From an uncultured Coxiellaceae bacterium (GTDB lineage: Bacteria; Pseudomonadota; Gammaproteobacteria; DSM-16500), in contig CAYVBZ010000002.1 in the NCBI GenBank assembly GCA_964449835.1, forward strand, positions 6,837 to 70,836: a stretch of DNA of 64,000 bases, written 5' to 3'. Below are positions 18,925 through 27,173 of this stretch, in pieces. The position numbers and the translations under genes were made by a program. Within the stretch, counting starts at the first letter, position 1. Every line of letters begins with the position of its first letter. A model generated the notes under the pieces. That model did not search any database. It had not been told where the DNA came from and was given only the letters and a program-made list of their open reading frames with translations.

Positions 18925-20348
18925 TTTTGATGGCCCGGCGATAAGCTTAAAGCAGCCCGATAGCTCTCTAAGGCTTCTGGAAAAGCGCTCTCTTTTTCAA
19001 AGATAAGACCCAAACGATAACAAGCCTCCGCATGCTTAGGAAAGATCTCGAGAAGCTTCTGAAATAACTGCTTTGCTTTTGCTAAATCAGCTTTGGCTTC
19101 ATAGCGGGCAGCCAAATCAAAAGCTTCCTGGGCCGAAAATTCTCTATTCATCCATTCTACTTTAGGCTCAATTGATACATTCCAATCATCTAAAAATTCT
19201 CTATATTTTGGACCGAGGACTGACACTACATAATCATCTTGTAGATGTAGTTTGTGGGCCGTATACCCCAGATCTAAAGAATATTTTTGACAAGTCTTGC
19301 AAAAACTATGCTTATATTTTCTCTGCCGAAGCTCTTCTCGCGAAACCTCTAAAAAGTTATTGGCAATGATCTGTTCTTTTTCAAAGGTGGCGCAGCAGAG
19401 TGGTACAGAACCATCAAAATTAATCGTTGTTCTTTGTTGGCGAAACTGGCAGTCACGGAGTTTTGGAGCACCAGCGGATAAAATTTCGCCCATTTTTTTT
19501 GTTGGAACCACTAAATTAGCTAATATTGCCTCATCGCCAGGCATAGGCTCTCCAGCAGCCACTTTAGCTGATTTCTCAACCGGCATAAAAGTAGCCAAGG
19601 TCGGGGCAAAAATAAAGCCCAGGTCCTCACAGAGCTGGCGCATCTTCCAAAAATCAACCTCAAAGTTACTTTTATAGATGTGAAAACCAACCTGAATGAT
19701 AACGTCAGACTTGAGCTCATCAATTAAATGACGGAGCAAATGCATGTTGGATTTAACAACATTAATATCACCCTTTTTATGGGTAAGTTGATAGGTATGA
19801 TTAAAATACCCTGACAAGGAAATTCGAATATAGGAAGGTGAAGCTTGAATGACTCGTCTCATGTCTGGAAAAGCGTTTAAGTTGGTCGAGATGCCGATAC
19901 CATAACCCTTTTCCTTTGTAATGCGAACGAGCTCACCCAGATGTTTGTGAAGTACTGATTCGCCCCAATTATAAAGGTCAATAAATATATTTTCACCCGG
20001 ATGCTCAAGGGCAATTTTATCCAAGATCTTTTGATAAGTTTCAACAGACATCAGGCCTTTCGGCGTTGCTTCGGTATAATTTCCAACTGGACAAGAAGGA
20101 CAGCGTAGATTACAAGTCCCCACCACATCAATGTGATAATAAAACTCTGCCCCCTGCCTTTGATCTAAAATTGAACGTAGACGCTGCTGCTCTTTTTTAA
20201 CAGCAAGCTTCGCTTTTGCTTCACTTTCTGTTTGTGTATTGATTTTTTTAGCCGGTAGATAATTTAATTTAAAATCTAATAAAGAATTTTTTGAGTTGCG
20301 AACCAGATTGCGGATCTTCCCAGATATTGCTGATCTTGTTAAACGCAT
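18882..20348 (-). CDS. radical SAM protein with extra Cys cluster and C-terminal TPR repeats
   Basis: VVGTCNLRCPSCPVGN is CxxxCxxC. Later cysteines: CQF..PLCCATF..SFCKTCQ. The C-terminus (EACYRLGLIFEKESAFPEALESYRAALSLSP) is TPR-like. Confidence 0.7.
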   Translation of the reverse strand: MRLTRSAISGKIRNLVRNSKNSLLDFKLNYLPAKKINTQTESEAKAKLAVKKEQQRLRSILDQRQGAEFYYHIDVVGTCNLRCPSCPVGNYTEATPKGLMSVETYQKILDKIALEHPGENIFIDLYNWGESVLHKHLGELVRITKEKGYGIGISTNLNAFPDMRRVIQASPSYIRISLSGYFNHTYQLTHKKGDINVVKSNMHLLRHLIDELKSDVIIQVGFHIYKSNFEVDFWKMRQLCEDLGFIFAPTLATFMPVEKSAKVAAGEPMPGDEAILANLVVPTKKMGEILSAGAPKLRDCQFRQQRTTINFDGSVPLCCATFEKEQIIANNFLEVSREELRQRKYKHSFCKTCQKYSLDLGYTAHKLHLQDDYVVSVLGPKYREFLDDWNVSIEPKVEWMNREFSAQEAFDLAARYEAKADLAKAKQLFQKLLEIFPKHAEACYRLGLIFEKESAFPEALESYRAALSLSPGHQNYEAAVAKLGTLVP

Positions 20349-20386
20349 CTACTTTAATCTCCTATACTATATTTTTCATCCACTTT

Positions 20387-21631
20387 CTATCCAACCACTT
20401 TTAACGTAGGTAAGGGGACAAGAAACACACCCCCTTCATCAATAAGACGCTGATTCTTTTGTATGATAATATCAGCATAATTCCAGGCCAGAATGACCAC
20501 GAGATCTGGTCGACGCACATATAATTCAGAAGAAGCTAATACAGGCAAGTGGAACCCTGGGCTAAATAAATTCTGTTTAATAGGGTTATCATCGATAATA
20601 TAGCCGATACGCGTTCCTAGCTCAAAATGATAAAGTAAAGTCGTTGTGGTGGTTGAAGCGCCGTATGCCACGATCTTTTTTCCTTCCTGAATGGCTTTAT
20701 CTAGATAAGCCAGTGTCGCGCGTTTCCGCCCTTCAAGGGCTTGATAAAAGTCATGATAGATTTTTGGTTTAGTAATGCCACGGCGTTCCTCTTCCTTCAT
20801 TAGGGTCTTTAAAAGTTCAGACTTTGGCCGCTTGCCTGTTGAAATGGGTTGAGCAAAGCCGCGTATTGAACCTCCTTTAGTCTTTATCCGAGTAACATCA
20901 AATAAAGTCATGTCTAAACGATTAAAAAACCGCTCTAAGGGGAGTAAAGCATGATGTGAGACATGTTCATGATAAATCGTATCAAAAACAAAACCGTCAA
21001 TCATGTCAGGAACATAAGAAACTTCAAAAACAAAGACGCCATCAGGGGTAAGCAAACTGCGGGTCCCCAGAACAATATCAGTTAAATTATCAGCATGCGC
21101 AAAAATGTTGTTAGCGCAAATTAGCTTGGCGAGGCCATTTTCTTCAGCGATTGTCTTTGCCAAAGCCGAAGTGAAAAAATCAGGAATAGTTGGGATTCCA
21201 GCTTCTGTTGCTACAGCAGCAATCGCCCTAGCGGGATCCACACCCCTTACCTTCATACCCAGCTCTTTAAAGGCTTTTAACAAGGAACCATCATTACTCC
21301 CAATCTCGACCACCAAAGAGTTAGAGGGTAGTTGAAGGGCCTGACTCACCTCCGCGGCATAACGTTTGAAATGATCCACCAGCCCCAAGGAACTAGAGGT
21401 GCGATAGATATAGTTTCTAAATAAAATATCCGGGTTAATAATATCTAGGTTTTGAAGATGCCCACAAGTAGTGCAAAGATAGGTATCGAGCGGATAAACT
21501 CCTTGTTTCTCATTCAAACGCTCCTTAGGTACGAAGGAATCCCCAATAGCAGAAGCGAGGATAGGCAATACCAAATCGAGCTCAGTGGACGCGCATAAAC
21601 GACAATCATTACGATGAATAAAATCAGCCAT
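20387..21631 (-). CDS. Zn-ribbon SAM-dependent sugar C-methyltransferase-like protein (TylCIII-type architecture), copy 1
   Basis: CRLC..CTTCGH 4-Cys ribbon, VVEIGSNDGSLL SAM motif and a C-terminal Rossmann-like domain. Close paralog of 25883-27127. Confidence 0.75.
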   Translation of the reverse strand: MADFIHRNDCRLCASTELDLVLPILASAIGDSFVPKERLNEKQGVYPLDTYLCTTCGHLQNLDIINPDILFRNYIYRTSSSLGLVDHFKRYAAEVSQALQLPSNSLVVEIGSNDGSLLKAFKELGMKVRGVDPARAIAAVATEAGIPTIPDFFTSALAKTIAEENGLAKLICANNIFAHADNLTDIVLGTRSLLTPDGVFVFEVSYVPDMIDGFVFDTIYHEHVSHHALLPLERFFNRLDMTLFDVTRIKTKGGSIRGFAQPISTGKRPKSELLKTLMKEEERRGITKPKIYHDFYQALEGRKRATLAYLDKAIQEGKKIVAYGASTTTTTLLYHFELGTRIGYIIDDNPIKQNLFSPGFHLPVLASSELYVRRPDLVVILAWNYADIIIQKNQRLIDEGGVFLVPLPTLKVVG

Positions 21632-21666
21632 GAACAGACCCTTTTAATTTTTTATCCTTTCACCAG

Positions 21667-21897
21667 TTAAGTCCTCGATGAACCAAAAAATTCATGAATG
21701 GCATCGATCACATAATCCGCCTCACTATCCCTTAGCTCCGAATAAACCGGCAGGCTCATCATTTGCTCCCCTAGCATTTCTGCCCGAGGAAAATTACCCA
21801 ACTGATAGCCCAAAGTGGCCAAGTCTATAACTGCAACCTTTCGCACTGCTTCAAGCTCATGATTGATCATAAAACTCCTTAATTCTCGCAACGACAT
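21667..21897 (-). pseudogene. C-terminal remnant of a DegT/DnrJ/EryC1/StrS aminotransferase
   Basis: LGYQLGNFPRAEMLGEQMMSLPVYSELRDSEADYVIDAIHEFF parallels the C-terminus of the adjacent DegT-like ORF (HLGYMIGDFPICERIAKHTLSLPVHDFLTENDLEYVVARIKEF). Only 76 aa. Confidence 0.55.
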
Positions 21898-22564
21898 ATT
21901 CTAAGTCATTTTCGGTCAGAAAGTCGTGCACAGGCAAAGAAAGAGTGTGCTTAGCTATCCGCTCACAAATAGGAAAATCGCCAATCATATACCCCAGATG
22001 ACGGGCTGCGGGTTGCAAATGCATAGGTACTGGATAATGTATTTTTGCGTCAACACCCTTCTCAATTAAAAAAGCTTGCAATTGGTCTCGATTATCGCAC
22101 TGAATAGAATAAAGATGAAAAACCTGCTTGATCTTGTCCTCTCTCCGGGGAACCTGAACACCCTCGACTGTCGCAAGCTGTTGATCATAAAATGCCGCGT
22201 TTTTAATGCGTCCTTCCGTAATACCCTTTAGCTTTTCCAGCATATGAGAGGCAGCGACGGCTTGCATCGTATCCAGTCGTGAATTATAGGAAAAAATCAG
22301 ACATTCATCCCGACTTTGAAGCCCGTGATTTCTCATTAAGCGCAGGCGATCAGCCAGCTCATCTGAATCGGTGACAATAATACCGCCATCGCCCCATACA
22401 TTGGGGTCAACAGGCTCGCCAAGTGTAAAATCACCCTTACTTACAACTTGCTTTAATTTTTCAAAAATTTTCTCAAAATCCGCAAATTGGCGCCTAAGAT
22501 AATTATGATTGATCTGCATCATGCCTGTACGCAGGTATTGTTCTGGCAGAAAATTTTTTATCAT
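21857..22564 (-). pseudogene. DegT-family aminotransferase with a large in-frame internal deletion (probably inactive)
   Basis: The N-terminal segment (...KGDFTLGEPV) joins directly to ...WGDGGIIVTDSDELADRLRLMRNHG. About 150 aa of the typical fold are missing, including the PLP-lysine segment. 235 aa versus roughly 370 expected. Confidence 0.65.
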
Positions 22565-23805
22565 CAGATCAAACCCTTCGCTTTATTAAATTCCATATCC
22601 ACTATCGATTGCTTACTATCTTCTGAAAGCAAGCGTTTGTCCACCCATGACCCCATTGACCGTGAAAATCCCATAGCATACTCGTCTACATAGCGGAACA
22701 ACAGCTTAGAAACCCAAATGACGGCTATCAGTGTTCCCACCATGGAAACTAAGGCCATTTGCCAATAAGGCAGCCCTTTAAACGCAAAGATAAAGAGGGG
22801 GGTGATACTGCAAATCAGTGGAATATGAATAAGATACAAAACAAAGGAAATCTTCCCAAGAAACTTGCCTAAACGGCTAGCTAGAATCAGATGCAAGAGC
22901 CTAGATTGCAGGACAATCATGACCAAGAGCATGGCACCCAACATGTGCCACTGCAATACAGAAGGGGCCTTACTCAGCCAAGCGTGCCAGGGAGCAACCA
23001 TCCCTGGCTGTATATCCGGAACCCCCCCAAAATAAAGTGCCACTAGAAAAATGCCGAGAATAAAAACACTGCGTAAGAACTGAAGCGGCAATAAACGCTT
23101 TACCAACCCAGTTAATTCTAGCTGAAAGTCATGCAACAGCACGCCCCAAGCGAATAAAAGATAATAACCCTCATAATTGAAACGCATAAACCAAAGAACA
23201 GCGGCCAGCCGCAAATAGCGGTTTCTAAGTAAAGCAAAAAGCGCAAACACATAAGCCGAACCAATCAACTCAAAATGCATGGACCAAAGATTACAGTTAT
23301 ATTTCGCGTGAGCGCGGATGAAAGCATTGACAAGGGCCTCCCGGGTCATCTTTAACACCTGCGGGTCGAAGTTATACCAGGCGGAAAGCCAACCGCTGTG
23401 CGTGACTTCGCGGGAGGCAGCGAAGTTATTATAAACGCCCAAATGCAGCAGGGCCCAAGCGCAAGTCGAGGTCATCAGCATTGGAAATGCTAACCGACAA
23501 TAACGTCGCGCCAATTGTGCCGGAAAAGAAAGATGGGCCCTTTGACAAAAATCTGCCAGAACAAAGCCGCTCAAAACAAAAAAAATGCAGACAGCAAAAT
23601 TACCCGTCCAAAAAACGGCAATAGGCGAAAGGCCCAGGGAGATATCAAAGGAGGTGTGAACTTCTTGCGGCAGAAAAGTCACAACCGCTGGAAAAAGTGA
23701 AATCATGAGATGCGCCATAAGTACCATTAAGGCAGCTATACCTCTTAAACCATCTAAATAAGCGATGCGAGGCACTTCACTTTTTTGTATTGTATACATC
23801 TTCAA
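22564..23805 (-). CDS. acyltransferase family 3 (integral membrane O-acyltransferase)
   Basis: LDGLRGIAALMVLMAH signature; polytopic. Confidence 0.8.
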   Translation of the reverse strand: MKMYTIQKSEVPRIAYLDGLRGIAALMVLMAHLMISLFPAVVTFLPQEVHTSFDISLGLSPIAVFWTGNFAVCIFFVLSGFVLADFCQRAHLSFPAQLARRYCRLAFPMLMTSTCAWALLHLGVYNNFAASREVTHSGWLSAWYNFDPQVLKMTREALVNAFIRAHAKYNCNLWSMHFELIGSAYVFALFALLRNRYLRLAAVLWFMRFNYEGYYLLFAWGVLLHDFQLELTGLVKRLLPLQFLRSVFILGIFLVALYFGGVPDIQPGMVAPWHAWLSKAPSVLQWHMLGAMLLVMIVLQSRLLHLILASRLGKFLGKISFVLYLIHIPLICSITPLFIFAFKGLPYWQMALVSMVGTLIAVIWVSKLLFRYVDEYAMGFSRSMGSWVDKRLLSEDSKQSIVDMEFNKAKGLI

Positions 23806-23875
23806 ATCTCCCTTTTTCCACGCTCGAGAATTGTAAAGCTTAAAATCATGGAAAGAAAGCTCCGCGCTGATTGCC

Positions 23876-24160
23876 TTATAAGCGATTTAATAAGCGCAAA
23901 CAGAGTAACTTGCACAATATCCCTCCAAAAACAAGCAACGTTTTCGGCTTCATAACGCCTGAGGTGAAGTCTGGACGGGGATTGAGGGTAACCGGCACCT
24001 CTGTGTAGGCTTTCGATCGAAGCAAGAGCCGGCTCAAGATCTCAATATGATAACCATAATTTTTCGCTTTCACATTCAAGCTGCGCGTCTCAGCAACCGG
24101 AAAAAGATAAAGACTGTGAGCATCTTTGACCTTGAGACCTGTATTGACATCCTCTCCGGC
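23876..24160 (-). pseudogene. C-terminal remnant of a GT2 polyprenyl-phosphate glycosyltransferase
   Basis: My translation reads AGEDVNTGLKVKDAHSLYLFPVAETRSLNVKAKNYGYHIEILSRLLLRSKAYTEVPVTLNPR. This resembles the GT2 C-terminal half (..DtqsGf.., ..EvPv...R). The frame opens just after a stop lying inside the 24153-24175 hairpin. Confidence 0.5.
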
Positions 24161-24175
24161 CTAAAAGGCCGGAGA
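24153..24175. repeat. perfect 9-bp-stem hairpin (TCTCCGGCC-TAAAA-GGCCGGAGA), candidate IS200/IS605 right-end structure
   Basis: Inverted repeat read directly from the DNA. Lies 64 nt 3' of the TnpB remnant on the minus strand, at the junction with the truncated GT2 gene. Confidence 0.4.
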
Positions 24176-24238
24176 TTCCTATTATTAGACTGGTACTCAG
24201 TCACCTTTTCCCAGAAGCTCCTGCTTCATTGAGTGGCC

Positions 24239-24484
24239 TTACTGCGCCAGCTCTCCACAGGCTAACACGGCATGCCCTGCCGCTAAAATGTTTTTCGACT
24301 CATTGCTGTCAGCATTGTCTCTATGACCGCAGCTTAAACAGTGAAACAGGCTTTGGCTCCGTCTATTCCCTTTATCGGTAAATCCGCAGCAGTTGCACTG
24401 TTGGCTTGTGTATTTTGGGCCCACTCTGAGAAAAATACCTCCCCGCCAGTCCTGCTTATATCGCAGTATGTTTTCATGGGGCAC
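24239..24484 (-). mobile_element. tnpB: IS200/IS605-family TnpB, C-terminal remnant (RuvC-III plus Zn-ribbon region only)
   Basis: ENILRYKQDWRGGIFLRVGPKYTSQQCNCCGF..FHCLSCGHRDNADSNESKNIL matches the TnpB C-terminal pattern (Y.SQ.C..CG...F.C..CG...NAD.NAA.NI). An in-frame TGA sits immediately upstream, so about 300 N-terminal aa are absent. Confidence 0.65.
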
Positions 24485-24599
24485 TCAGAAATAAAAAATG
24501 CCAAAATTGTACAATAAATGACAACAAGCCACTTCCTTTAACTCATTGATTTACTTGTTGGTATCTGTTGTAATGCGTTGATATTAATGAGCTGATGAT

Positions 24600-24643
24600 G
24601 ATTCGTAATCAGTAGGTTCGCAGTTCGACTCTGCGCGTCTGCA
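24600..24643 (+). other. tRNA-Thr(CGU)-like 3' fragment (possible att-site scar), not an intact tRNA
   Basis: TTCGTAA anticodon-loop-like segment, AGGTT variable region, T-arm CGCAG-TTCGACT-CTGCG, then CGTCTGC-A acceptor 3' strand. No complementary 5' acceptor (GCAGACG) or D-arm upstream. A 6-nt TGATGA disrupts the anticodon stem. Confidence 0.35.
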
Positions 24644-24773
24644 TAGTAAAATCAATAGGTTATAAGTGCAGATTGATTAAAATTAAATCAATCAAAATTT
24701 TCGGGTACACTTCAGGGTACACTTTTTGTTAAATGGCATGCTTTTTAGGGATTTTAGAAAATAAGGATTTATT

Positions 24774-25631
24774 GTGATTACTCGCTTATTAGCTTCTCAA
24801 TTTTTTGCGTTTCTCTTAGGGAATATCATTTTTATAAATGGTGCCTTTGCTTCGCCTTCAGAAGATGGCGCAATTTATGATGTGTTCAATCGACTCATAT
24901 ATTACCCAGGTAAAATAGAGACGGCTTGTCCGACTCCGACTGATAAAGTGGGTACTATTCTTGTTATTGGTCAATCAAATGCTTCCAACTCTGGTGAAAA
25001 GAAATTTGTTACCAAATACCCAACCAAAGTTTTTAATTATTTTAATGGAAAATGCTATGTGGCTTCCTCTCCCTTGCTTGGCACTGATGGAAATTTAGGT
25101 GAGTTTATGACCCCGCTTGCGGATCATCTAATCGAGGATGGTGTTTATGATTCTGTTTTAATTATTGCTTCATCTATTGGGGGATCGCCAGTAAGATATT
25201 GGCAGAAAGGTGGGTATTTAAATGATATGTTATTAACAGTTTTAGAAGATGCCTCCAGAATGTATAAAATAACAGAAATTATTTGGCATCAAGGTGAGGC
25301 TGATTTTTATTATAAAACAACAAAAGAACAATATCTTGAAGGTCTTCATTCTGTAATCGATAGTATACGAGGTGCTGGTACGAATGAGCCGCCATTTTAT
25401 TTTTCTATTTCTACTTATTGTGGCTACAGTGATTGGACTCCTGAGAATCCAATTGCGGAAGCGCAACGCAATTTTGAAGATAGTACAAAAAAAATATTTT
25501 TAGGTGCCGATACTGATAGCTTGGTATCTGATGCTGAACGATTTGACCATTGTCATTTTAAGGAGTCTGGGCAATTAAAGACTGCTAGGGCTTACGCAAC
25601 AGCTATACATCAACATAAGCAATTTTCTTGA
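24774..25631 (+). CDS. secreted SASA/DUF303-type carbohydrate (sialate-type) O-acetylesterase-like protein
   Basis: GTG start preceded by AAGGA. Signal peptide ...FINGAFA-SP. ILVIGQSNASNSGE and IIWHQGEADF match the GQSN / W.QGE.D motifs. Markedly AT-rich versus its neighbours. Confidence 0.6.
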   Translation: MITRLLASQFFAFLLGNIIFINGAFASPSEDGAIYDVFNRLIYYPGKIETACPTPTDKVGTILVIGQSNASNSGEKKFVTKYPTKVFNYFNGKCYVASSPLLGTDGNLGEFMTPLADHLIEDGVYDSVLIIASSIGGSPVRYWQKGGYLNDMLLTVLEDASRMYKITEIIWHQGEADFYYKTTKEQYLEGLHSVIDSIRGAGTNEPPFYFSISTYCGYSDWTPENPIAEAQRNFEDSTKKIFLGADTDSLVSDAERFDHCHFKESGQLKTARAYATAIHQHKQFS

Positions 25632-25641
25632 TTAAAAGTGT

Positions 25642-25881
25642 TTATATAAGCGGGTTGATCCCAAAGAACAGTGAAAGACCCACGGCCATATCGGAATAGC
25701 CGGAAAAATCAAAATAGATTTGTGAAGCATAGGCCAAAGCCGTACCCCAGGCATCTTGCCCCGTAAAAACACTGTGCCCAACCGCATTAAATACAGGATT
25801 GGCAAGATGTGAAAAACCGTCTGCTATAATGGCTTTCTTAAAAAGCGCTATGACAAAAGAAGACTTCCTTAAAAAGGGTGA
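25642..25881 (-). pseudogene. internal fragment of a second MBOAT O-acyltransferase gene
   Basis: My translation reads ..[72 protein letters not shown]. It aligns to [52 protein letters not shown] of 11057-12571. Both ends are missing. Confidence 0.7.
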
Positions 25882-25882
25882 A

Positions 25883-27127
25883 CTAGCTAATGATTTTCAT
25901 CTCGGGCAAAGGAATAAGGAATTCCCCCCCCTCCTCAATGAACCGCTGATGTCGTTTGATGATTGGGTCCGCGTAGATCCAAGCTAGAATAACCACAACA
26001 TTCGGCCGCCGTACATAAAGCTCAGAAGAAGCCAGTACAGGCAAATGCAGCCCCGGGCTAAATAAATTCTGCTTAATCGGATTATCATCAACAATATAAT
26101 CCAGACGCTCACCCAGTTCAAAATGATATAAAAGGGTCGTTGTCGTTGTAGACGCGCCATAAGCAGCAACAGTTTTTCCTTCCTGCCTTGCTTGATCAAG
26201 ATAGGCCAAGGTCGCGCGCTTACGTTCTTCGATAGCCTGAAAAAAATTGCGGTAAATTTCAGGCCCTGTGATCTTGCGGCGCTCTTCTTCCGCCATCATA
26301 TTTTTAAGCAACTCGGATTTCGGCCGCTGCCCCGTCGAAAGGGGTTGCGCGAAGCCTCGAATAGAGCCGCCTTTGGATTGCACCCGTTTAACGTCAAACA
26401 AGGTCATGTCCAGTCGGTTAAAAAAGCGCTCCAAGGGGAGCAGGGCATGATGCGACAGATGCTCATGATAAATTGTGTCGAAAACAAAATGGTCGATAAG
26501 GTCCGGCACATAGGAAACCTCAAAAATGAAAACGCCATTCGGCGCAAGCAGGCTACGAATGCCTTGTGCAATATCCGCCAAATTATCCGCGTGTGCAAAA
26601 ACATTATTCGCGCACACTAAAGCCGCAGGGCCATTTTTTTCATTAATTTGCTTCGCAATTTTGGAATTAAAAAACTCAGGGATAGTGGGAATTCCGTTTT
26701 CGGTGGCAGAAACCGCGATTGTTCTCGCCGGGTCCACTCCGACGACCTGCATGCCTTGGGCTTTAAAAGCTTTGAGCAAGGAACCATCATTGCTGCCCAG
26801 TTCAACCACCAGAGAACCTACGGGGACCTTCAGGGATTGGACCACATCGGCCGCATAGGCGCGAAAATGTTCAACTAACCCTAGAGAAACCGAGGTCCGA
26901 TAAGTGTAATTACGAAATAAAATATCAGGGTCCACAATATCTAAATTTTGAAGATGACCGCAGTCCATACAAAGGTAAGTGTCTAGGGGATAGGTCCCTT
27001 GTTCTTCTTTCAGTTCATCCTTAGAAACAAAAGCATCTCCAATCGCGGAGGGAAGAATGGGCAGCACCAAGTCGAGCTGGGTGGAGTCGCAAAGGCGGCA
27101 ATCATTTCGATGCGTAAAATCAGTCAT
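25883..27127 (-). CDS. Zn-ribbon SAM-dependent sugar C-methyltransferase-like protein, copy 2
   Basis: Collinear with 20387-21631 over all 414 aa (for example HRNDCRLC, YPLDTYLC..CGHLQNLDI, ELGSNDGSLLKAFK, LPVLASSELYVRRP). The majority of positions are identical by eye. Confidence 0.75.
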   Translation of the reverse strand: MTDFTHRNDCRLCDSTQLDLVLPILPSAIGDAFVSKDELKEEQGTYPLDTYLCMDCGHLQNLDIVDPDILFRNYTYRTSVSLGLVEHFRAYAADVVQSLKVPVGSLVVELGSNDGSLLKAFKAQGMQVVGVDPARTIAVSATENGIPTIPEFFNSKIAKQINEKNGPAALVCANNVFAHADNLADIAQGIRSLLAPNGVFIFEVSYVPDLIDHFVFDTIYHEHLSHHALLPLERFFNRLDMTLFDVKRVQSKGGSIRGFAQPLSTGQRPKSELLKNMMAEEERRKITGPEIYRNFFQAIEERKRATLAYLDQARQEGKTVAAYGASTTTTTLLYHFELGERLDYIVDDNPIKQNLFSPGLHLPVLASSELYVRRPNVVVILAWIYADPIIKRHQRFIEEGGEFLIPLPEMKIIS

Positions 27128-27173
27128 TTTTTGGGTCCTTCATTTTGACAGGGGAATTGTAAGGGTTTGAATT

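Noticed and set aside
25799-25987. 62-aa plus-strand ORF between the esterase and the C-methyltransferase
   Set aside because: The opposite strand of the same DNA translates into an unmistakable MBOAT fragment, and the ORF also overlaps the C-methyltransferase 3' end. It is therefore a spurious antisense ORF.
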